DNA from: Minisyncoccota bacterium
Lineage (GTDB): Bacteria > Patescibacteriota > Minisyncoccia > UBA6257 > 2-01-FULL-56-20
Reading direction: 5' to 3'
NCBI GenBank assembly: GCA_035541435.1
Contig: DATKNL010000012.1
Span: 70,498-134,497 of the forward strand
Length of the DNA: 64,000 nt
Below, in pieces: positions 58,257 through 64,000 of this stretch; position 1 is the first letter of the stretch; the number at the start of each line of letters is the position of its first letter. Both the position numbers and the translations under genes were made by a program. The notes beneath the pieces are model-generated. The model saw nothing but the letters and a program-made list of their open reading frames with translations. It was not told where the DNA came from and searched no databases.

Positions 58257-60479
58257 TCACGCGGCCGGCGTCGCCGTCGCTGCCGCCTCTTCGGCCGTCT
58301 CGAGCTTCAGCGAGACGACCTTCGAGCTGCCGTCCTCGGCGAGCGTGATGCCATACAGCACCTCGGCCGCCTCCATGGTCGCGCGGTTGTGCGTGACGAC
58401 GATGAACTGCGTGCGCTTCGAGAACTCGTGCAGCATCTCGCCGAACCGGCGCGCGTTGCGCTCGTCGAGCGGCGCGTCGATCTCGTCGAGCACAAGGAAC
58501 GGCGGCGGGCTCACCGAGACCATGGCGAAGAGCGCCGCGATGCCGACGAGGCTGCGCTCCCCTCCCGAGAGCACGTCGAGCGACGTCGTCTTCTTGCGCG
58601 GAAGCTTCACCTCGATCTCGACGCCGCCCTCCTTCTCGGGCGGGATCGGCACGAGGTTCTCCTCGTCATTGCCGCCCGCCTCGCCGGTACCGCCGTCCTC
58701 ATCGTCATCGCCGCCGCGGACCGGCTCCTTCGGACGCAGCACCTTGAGGCGCGCCGTGCCGCCGCCGAACATGAGGCCGAAGAACTTATCGAATTCCGCG
58801 TTGATCTTCACGAGGGATTTTTCGAACTCGGACTTGATCTTCTCGGAAAGGTCGATCATGAGCGTCGTGAGGTCGTTCACCGCCTTCGTGAGGTCCTCGG
58901 ATTCCTTCTGCAGGAACTCGTAGCGCTTCTCGGTCTCCTGCGCCTCGCGCATGAGGGCCTCGTCGACTTCGCCGATGCTCGCCAGGTCCCCGCGCAGCCT
59001 GAAGATGCGACGCTCCATCTCGTTGAAATCGGTCCCCTGAGCCGCCGGAGGCGTGTCGCGGAACTCGTCGGCGCGGCGGCCGGCCTGCTCGATCTGATGC
59101 AGGACCTCCTCGCGGCGCAGGTCGATGCGCTCCTTCTGGAGCAGGAGCTCGCGGTTCCCCTTCTCCCATTCGTCGATGCGTCCCTGCGCGTTCTGAACCG
59201 CGGCCACCGCCCCTTTGAACGTGTCATAAAATTCCTCCTGGCCCGTTTCGAGCGCCTGTTCGCGCGAGCGGAGCTCGGCGATCGCCGCCTCAAGCCGCTT
59301 CAGGTCCTCGGCCGTCTTCTCGAGGTCGCGCCGCAGCTCGTCGGGGACGGCCGCCGGACGCTCCTCGCGCTCCTCAAGCGCGAAGCCGATCTCCTCAAGC
59401 ACCGTCTCGATGGCCGCCTGGATGCCGAGCGGCTCCTCGTTCAGGGCCTCCTCGAGCTCGGCTTTGATCTTCTGCAGCACATCGATGAGGTGCTCGACGG
59501 ACCGGTCGCCGCGCGGGCCGCCGGACTTCCGCGCGATCTCGATCTGCGCCTCGATGCGGCCAAGGTCCTTCTGCAGGTCGCTGCGCGACTCCATGAGCTT
59601 GCGGATCTCGTCCTTCACGAGCTGGAGCGCCTTCCGCTCCTCGGGCTGGCTCGCCTCGATCGCGGCCTGCCTCATCTCGGCCGCCTTCTTCTCCTTTTCG
59701 AGATGTTCGAATTCCCGGCGGTGGTCCGCAAGAGCGGCCTCGACCACCGCACCCTTCTCGGCGAGTTCGCGGATGTGCGAGCCGAAAAAGGCACCTTCGA
59801 GCACGCGCAGCTCCTCTTCGAGCGCGCCGCGCCGCTCCCACCGGCCGGTCTGCCGCTTGAGCGACCGAAGATGCGGCAGGATCTCCTCGATGAGGGCCGT
59901 CACCTTGTCAAGGTTTATTTTACTGTTTTTTAACCTTCGTTCCGCGTCGGCCTTCTTCAGCTGATATTCGCGAAGACCCAACATCTCTTCGATCATCTCG
60001 CGGCGCTCGGTGGCGGACGATCTGATGAACACATCGCTGTCGCCCTGGCCGATGATGACGAGGCCGTGGCTGCCGAGGCGGGCCTTCGCGAAGAAGTCGA
60101 CGAGGTCGCGCAGCAGGATCTCGGAACGGTTCAGGAAGTATTTGCTCTGGCCGTCGCGACGGATCTCGCGCGAAACCACGACCTCCTCGAAGTCGATCGG
60201 GAAGAACTTGTTCTTGTTCTCAAAGACGAGGCTCGCGCTCGCCATGCCGACGCGCGGGCGCTTCACGGTCCCCGCAAAGATGAGGTCGTCGATCTTCGCG
60301 CCGCGCAGGTTCTTGGCGTCGCGCTCGCCGAGCAGCCACCGCAGGGCGTCGACGATGTTCGACTTGCCGCTGCCGTTCGGGCCGACGATGGCCACGATGC
60401 CCGCGGGGAACTCGAGCACGGTCCGGCCGGCGAACGATTTGAACCCGTTGAGCTCGAGCCGGCGAAGGAAGTGAGGCAT
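58257..60479 (-). CDS. smc: SMC-family chromosome segregation ATPase, short (740 aa)
   Basis: 'GFKSFA', GPNGSGKSN, 'LSGGE', 'LDEIDAPLD', 'QFIVVTHN'; located directly after rnc. Confidence 0.9.
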   Translation of the reverse strand: MPHFLRRLELNGFKSFAGRTVLEFPAGIVAIVGPNGSGKSNIVDALRWLLGERDAKNLRGAKIDDLIFAGTVKRPRVGMASASLVFENKNKFFPIDFEEVVVSREIRRDGQSKYFLNRSEILLRDLVDFFAKARLGSHGLVIIGQGDSDVFIRSSATERREMIEEMLGLREYQLKKADAERRLKNSKINLDKVTALIEEILPHLRSLKRQTGRWERRGALEEELRVLEGAFFGSHIRELAEKGAVVEAALADHRREFEHLEKEKKAAEMRQAAIEASQPEERKALQLVKDEIRKLMESRSDLQKDLGRIEAQIEIARKSGGPRGDRSVEHLIDVLQKIKAELEEALNEEPLGIQAAIETVLEEIGFALEEREERPAAVPDELRRDLEKTAEDLKRLEAAIAELRSREQALETGQEEFYDTFKGAVAAVQNAQGRIDEWEKGNRELLLQKERIDLRREEVLHQIEQAGRRADEFRDTPPAAQGTDFNEMERRIFRLRGDLASIGEVDEALMREAQETEKRYEFLQKESEDLTKAVNDLTTLMIDLSEKIKSEFEKSLVKINAEFDKFFGLMFGGGTARLKVLRPKEPVRGGDDDEDGGTGEAGGNDEENLVPIPPEKEGGVEIEVKLPRKKTTSLDVLSGGERSLVGIAALFAMVSVSPPPFLVLDEIDAPLDERNARRFGEMLHEFSKRTQFIVVTHNRATMEAAEVLYGITLAEDGSSKVVSLKLETAEEAAATATPAA

Positions 60480-60480
60480 G

Positions 60481-61167
60481 TCAGCGTTGCTTCTTGAGCG
60501 CGTTCCGGGCGGCCTCGATCTCGGCCTCCTGCTTCGACGTCCCCTTCCCTTCCGCGATCAGCGCATCGCCGAAATAGACGCCCATCGTGAAGACGCGCTT
60601 GTGGGCGGGACCCGACTCGTCAAGCACGCGGTACGTCGGCGTCACCTTCATCCGTTCCTGGACCGACTCCTGAAGCTCGCTCTTCGCGTCGCGGTAGCTT
60701 TTCGTCTCAAGGACCTCATCGAGGTTCGACATCACGAACTTCTTCACGAACGGGCGGACCGCCTCGAACCCCTGGTCGAGATAGAGCGCGCCGATCAGCG
60801 CCTCCATCGCGTTCGCGAGGATGACCTCGCGCGCCTTGCCCGTGTCCTTCTTCTCGCCCCGGGACATGAGGATGAACTGCTGCAGCCCGAGGCGCTCGGC
60901 GACCAGCGCGAGGATCTGATAGTTCACGAGCGCGGCGCGCAGCACGGTGAGGCGCCCTTCGGGAAATTCGGGAAAGCGCTCGAAAAGCTCCTCGGAAACG
61001 AGGAGTTCGAGGACGGCGTCGCCCAGATATTCGAGGCGCTCGTTGTGCGGCAGGCGCCAGTTCGGATATTCGTTGAGGTACGAGCGGTGCGTCAGGGCTT
61101 CGGTGAGCAGGTCCTCGTTCCTGAATGCGGTGCCGATGGTCTTCTTAAGAGCTTCGGACGGTGTCAT
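60481..61167 (-). CDS. rnc: Ribonuclease III
   Basis: 'NERLEYLGDAVL', dsRBD 'G.G.SK..AE..AA'. Confidence 0.98.
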   Translation of the reverse strand: MTPSEALKKTIGTAFRNEDLLTEALTHRSYLNEYPNWRLPHNERLEYLGDAVLELLVSEELFERFPEFPEGRLTVLRAALVNYQILALVAERLGLQQFILMSRGEKKDTGKAREVILANAMEALIGALYLDQGFEAVRPFVKKFVMSNLDEVLETKSYRDAKSELQESVQERMKVTPTYRVLDESGPAHKRVFTMGVYFGDALIAEGKGTSKQEAEIEAARNALKKQR

Positions 61168-61176
61168 GACGGTTGG

Positions 61177-61650
61177 TTAACGGTCGGCCGGCTTCGCCTC
61201 GTGGCCCGCAGGCGCCTCGCCCGCGGTCCTCTTCTCGGCAGTCTCGCGATAGATCGTCCCCAGCACGCCGTTCACGAACCGGGCGGAATTCGGGCCGCCA
61301 TAGTTCTTGGCAAGCTCGATCGCCTCGTTGATGGCGACCTTCGGCGGGACCTCGTTCGGATCGGCATAGAGGAGCTCGTAAAGGCCGATGCGGAGGATGT
61401 TGCGGTCGATGACCGCGATCTTCTCGAGCGGCCATTCGGGGGCCGCCTTGCGGATGATATTGTCGATCTCCTTCAGATGGGACGCGACGCCCTGCATGAT
61501 CTTCCACGCGAACTCCGGCTCATCGACACCGGGCGCGAATTCGGCCATGTTGCGCTCCAGGATCAGGGTGATGTCCTTTTTCTGCTGATAAAAGTCCCAC
61601 TCATAGAGGGACTGCAGGATGACGGTTCGGATGAGATGCCTGGTGGCCAT
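61177..61650 (-). CDS. nusB: Transcription antitermination factor NusB
   Basis: 'DR.ILR....EL', '[15 protein letters not shown]...S..FVNGVL'. Confidence 0.97.
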   Translation of the reverse strand: MATRHLIRTVILQSLYEWDFYQQKKDITLILERNMAEFAPGVDEPEFAWKIMQGVASHLKEIDNIIRKAAPEWPLEKIAVIDRNILRIGLYELLYADPNEVPPKVAINEAIELAKNYGGPNSARFVNGVLGTIYRETAEKRTAGEAPAGHEAKPADR

Positions 61651-61684
61651 GGAAAGAGCTAGGAACGCAGAAACCGGCCCGCCG

Positions 61685-61837
61685 CTATTTCTTGCCGCAT
61701 TGCGGGCATGCGCGGTGCGCCTGCTTCGGGGCGCCGCAGTTCTTGCAGACGAGAAGCCGCTGTTTCTTCATCGCGAGATGCGAACGCCGGCGGCCGACTT
61801 TCCCCTTGGTGTGATGCTTGATTGGTACGCCTCCCAT
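61685..61837 (-). CDS. rpmF: 50S ribosomal protein L32 (zinc-binding form)
   Basis: Manual translation [50 protein letters not shown]; absent from the ORF track. Confidence 0.95.
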   Translation of the reverse strand: MGGVPIKHHTKGKVGRRRSHLAMKKQRLLVCKNCGAPKQAHRACPQCGKK

Positions 61838-61854
61838 ATCGGTAATCTATAGAG

Positions 61855-62451
61855 TCATTGTACGTTTTGCGCGAGAAAAGTCAATCGGTGCGCGGGCGTC
61901 GGACCGTTCTCGCGGATCGCCTTGCGGTGCGCCGCCGTCCCGTACCCCTTGTGGATCTCGAAGCCGTACGCCGGGAATTTTTTGCCGAGCCGCGCCATGA
62001 ACCGGTCGCGCGAAACCTTGGCGATGATCGACGCGACGGCGACGGCCGGGATCTTCTCGTCGCCCTTGATCACCGTTTTCGCGTGCGCCGGCTGCGCCGA
62101 CCGGCTTCCTATATAGAGGCCGCCGTCGAGGAACACGCGGGCGCGCCGACCGGCCCGTTCCCGTGCCGCGAGGCGCTCATAGGCCCGCTGCGCCGCGACG
62201 TTCGCCGCGCGGGAGATATTCCGCTTCTCGATCTGCCGGGGATAGACGCGCGCCAAAGCGAACCGGACCCGCGGGGATTTCGTCAGATGGTCGAACCATG
62301 CCTCGCGCTGCAGCCTCGTGAGCTTCTTGGAATCCCTCAGCGGCCCGAGGGCGGCGTCGCCCACCCTGCCGGTCACGAGCGCGGCGACCACGACGACCGG
62401 GCCGGCGAGACAGCCGCGCCCGACCTCGTCGATGCCGATGACCTGCCTCAT
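61855..62451 (-). CDS. rnhB: Ribonuclease HII
   Basis: 'GIDEVGRG.LAGPV', 'DSKKL', 'KGD....A.ASIIAKV.RD', 'HKGYGT..H'. Confidence 0.97.
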   Translation of the reverse strand: MRQVIGIDEVGRGCLAGPVVVVAALVTGRVGDAALGPLRDSKKLTRLQREAWFDHLTKSPRVRFALARVYPRQIEKRNISRAANVAAQRAYERLAARERAGRRARVFLDGGLYIGSRSAQPAHAKTVIKGDEKIPAVAVASIIAKVSRDRFMARLGKKFPAYGFEIHKGYGTAAHRKAIRENGPTPAHRLTFLAQNVQ

Positions 62452-62876
62452 TGCAGCTCAGCGCCGTTCAGGATGCCGTTCAGCTGGCCGACATAATATT
62501 GAACGATCGCGATCGAAGCCCAGACCGTCACGATGGTCGAGAGGACGGTGAGCCCGATGGCGATCATCCCGATCTTCTTCGCGGCCGGGTCGTCGCTGCG
62601 GAAATATTTGATGCCCGGCCACAGTCCGAGCGGCGGAAGGAACACGCTCACGAGATAGATCCACGCCTGCGAAAACACGGTGACCGAAAGCTGCTTCGCG
62701 CGAAGGGCCTTGCCGCAGTTCGGGCAGAACGTATAGAGCTTCGGAACGACCGCCCCGCACGACGGGCAGGTCGCGCTTACGTCGGGCAGGTTCGGGAATT
62801 CCGGCTGGGGCTGCCGCGGAGCCGGCGACGGCTGCGGCGGCGCAACCGGCATCGGCGGCTGATTCGCTTCGTCCAT
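62448..62876 (-). CDS. Double-CxxC zinc-ribbon membrane protein
   Basis: 'CPSCG......FCPNCG' plus two TM helices. Confidence 0.82.
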   Translation of the reverse strand: MDEANQPPMPVAPPQPSPAPRQPQPEFPNLPDVSATCPSCGAVVPKLYTFCPNCGKALRAKQLSVTVFSQAWIYLVSVFLPPLGLWPGIKYFRSDDPAAKKIGMIAIGLTVLSTIVTVWASIAIVQYYVGQLNGILNGAELQ

Positions 62877-62939
62877 CATTCAATTGTAATCCTTTCGCGC
62901 GTTGAATTAAATGAGCGTTTGTTTTAGGATAGGGCTGAA

Positions 62940-63012
62940 GCCCCTATAGCTCAGCTGGTAGAGCAGCTCCCTTTTAAGGAGACGGTCCCAGGTTCGAGTC
63001 CTGGTGGGGGCA
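62940..63012 (+). tRNA. tRNA-Lys(TTT)
   Basis: GCCCCTATAGCTCAGCTGGTAGAGCAGCTCCCT TTT AAGGAGACGGTCCCAGGTTCGAGTCCTGGTGGGGGCA. Confidence 0.95.
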
Positions 63013-63065
63013 CACTGCCCGAAAAAGGTAGCCATCCATATTTGTTTTTCCTTCGCTGCCGGCGA

Positions 63066-63106
63066 TAAGGAGACGGTCCCAGGTTCGAGTCCTGGTGGGG
63101 GCACCA
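63066..63106 (+). repeat. Duplicated 3' half of tRNA-Lys (att-like), ending in CCA
   Basis: 39-bp identity between 63066-63104 and 62975-63013, starting in the anticodon loop. Confidence 0.93.
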
Positions 63107-63213
63107 CAGGTTAGGAACAGGGCCCTGTTGCGTTCAGGCCTGGATTGCGCTATGGTTTTAGGCAGCAACATTTAAATAACAAGAGAGTGAGATGTTGCTA
63201 GAGGAGATTCAGC

Positions 63214-63855
63214 ATGGCGAGTCGAAGTACTGTAATGAGACCGGGGCGGTCTCATACGAGCATTTCCCACCTTCAACCTTCAACAACGTCATCGGCAGTA
63301 CCGGCCCCGAAGACGTATCCCTCCCGATACGAACGGCCCTTGTACGTCTTCGGATATGTACCCCTCGTTCCCCTCGTAAGCACTCCCGAAGTCAGGATCA
63401 TACGCTGCGGCGCCGCCAATGTCCTGCCGCTTCCTCAACGCGAGCATGGCGACCCGTACTATTACGACCGTTTTGCCTTCGAATCGAAAGGTCTCGAGCT
63501 CCCTCTCAACGAACAGTGGCAGCATCTGATCTTCTCGTGGTTCACCGAAGGTATCGACGCCATGTGCCGGCCCTATCAGGCCGAAGCGGATAGCGACGAC
63601 ATTCGTCTCCGGATTTTCACATCGCCCGTCATCTGCACGGATCGCGAAGAGGCAAAGCTCATCAAGCAGATGCAGGGACCAGAACGCCAGACCAGGCAGC
63701 AGGCGCATTGGAACGGATGCGAATACTGCCGAATCCTTCGCGACGCGCGCAAGGTCGGCGGCAACATCCAGCCGTTCCTGATCGACCCGGATGTCATAAC
63801 CCCGAAGCGCCTTTCGGACCTCCGTCTCCTCGGCAGCCCGCAAGGTACCGCCTAA
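63214..63855 (+). CDS. Hypothetical protein (213 aa), stand-alone unit
   Basis: GAGGAG RBS; 'HWNGCEYC' possible metal site; terminator ~63884-63917. Confidence 0.7.
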   Translation: MASRSTVMRPGRSHTSISHLQPSTTSSAVPAPKTYPSRYERPLYVFGYVPLVPLVSTPEVRIIRCGAANVLPLPQREHGDPYYYDRFAFESKGLELPLNEQWQHLIFSWFTEGIDAMCRPYQAEADSDDIRLRIFTSPVICTDREEAKLIKQMQGPERQTRQQAHWNGCEYCRILRDARKVGGNIQPFLIDPDVITPKRLSDLRLLGSPQGTA

Positions 63856-63987
63856 TGCAGTCACTCTCAAGCTCGCACCAGCTAGCGCCCAGCCCTACCA
63901 GGCCCCGGGCGCTTTTATTGTCTTCGGCCGCGCGCCGCCGCTCGTTGAAATTCAGCGGCGCTTCCCCTACAATAGTCGGGACAGTTC

Positions 63988-64000
63988 GGAGGGTTGGCAG
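63988..64000 (+). tRNA. 5' end of a tRNA (Ser/Tyr-like GGAGGGTTGGCAG), truncated by the window
   Basis: Typical tRNA 5' sequence 14 nt after TTGAAA-17-TACAAT (63945-63973). Confidence 0.6.

Noticed and set aside
62907-63171. Small ORFs with repeated peptide (APTRTRTWDRLL); also ORFs over the tRNAs at 32543-32740 and 33509-33703
   Set aside because: Antisense translations of tRNA genes and the tRNA-Lys duplication.

Overview
A GC-rich bacterial chromosome segment, most likely Patescibacteria/CPR (Parcubacteria-like). That assignment is an inference from the reduced protein forms: short SMC, short HrcA and UvrC, an atypical EF-P loop and a cluster-less Nth. Genetic code 11 is supported by a prfB gene with the classic CTT-TGA-C frameshift. 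Core content: uvrA/uvrB/uvrC plus nth/mpg/ogt repair genes, a complete F1Fo operon, ftsEX, prfB, CIRCE-hrcA-grpE-dnaK-dnaJ, cysS-dnaB-recR, ychF, a PilGHI-like ABC module, mnmA-efp, khpA-rpsP, smc-rnc-nusB-rpmF-rnhB, six complete tRNAs and one partial tRNA. The most notable unexplained signals are: (1) a ~380-nt, GNRA-rich, multi-helix non-coding element with its own -10 and terminator next to tRNA-Arg; (2) an HTH + LAGLIDADG-like gene whose stop codon lies inside tRNA-Ala; (3) two micro-gene cassettes with near-identical promoters and terminators but unrelated small ORFs; (4) pervasive leaderless extended -10 promoters on core genes, including a palindromic bidirectional -10 between nth and mpg; (5) a tRNA-Lys att-type scar. 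All calls come from reading the sequence by eye; no database searches or folding programs were run.
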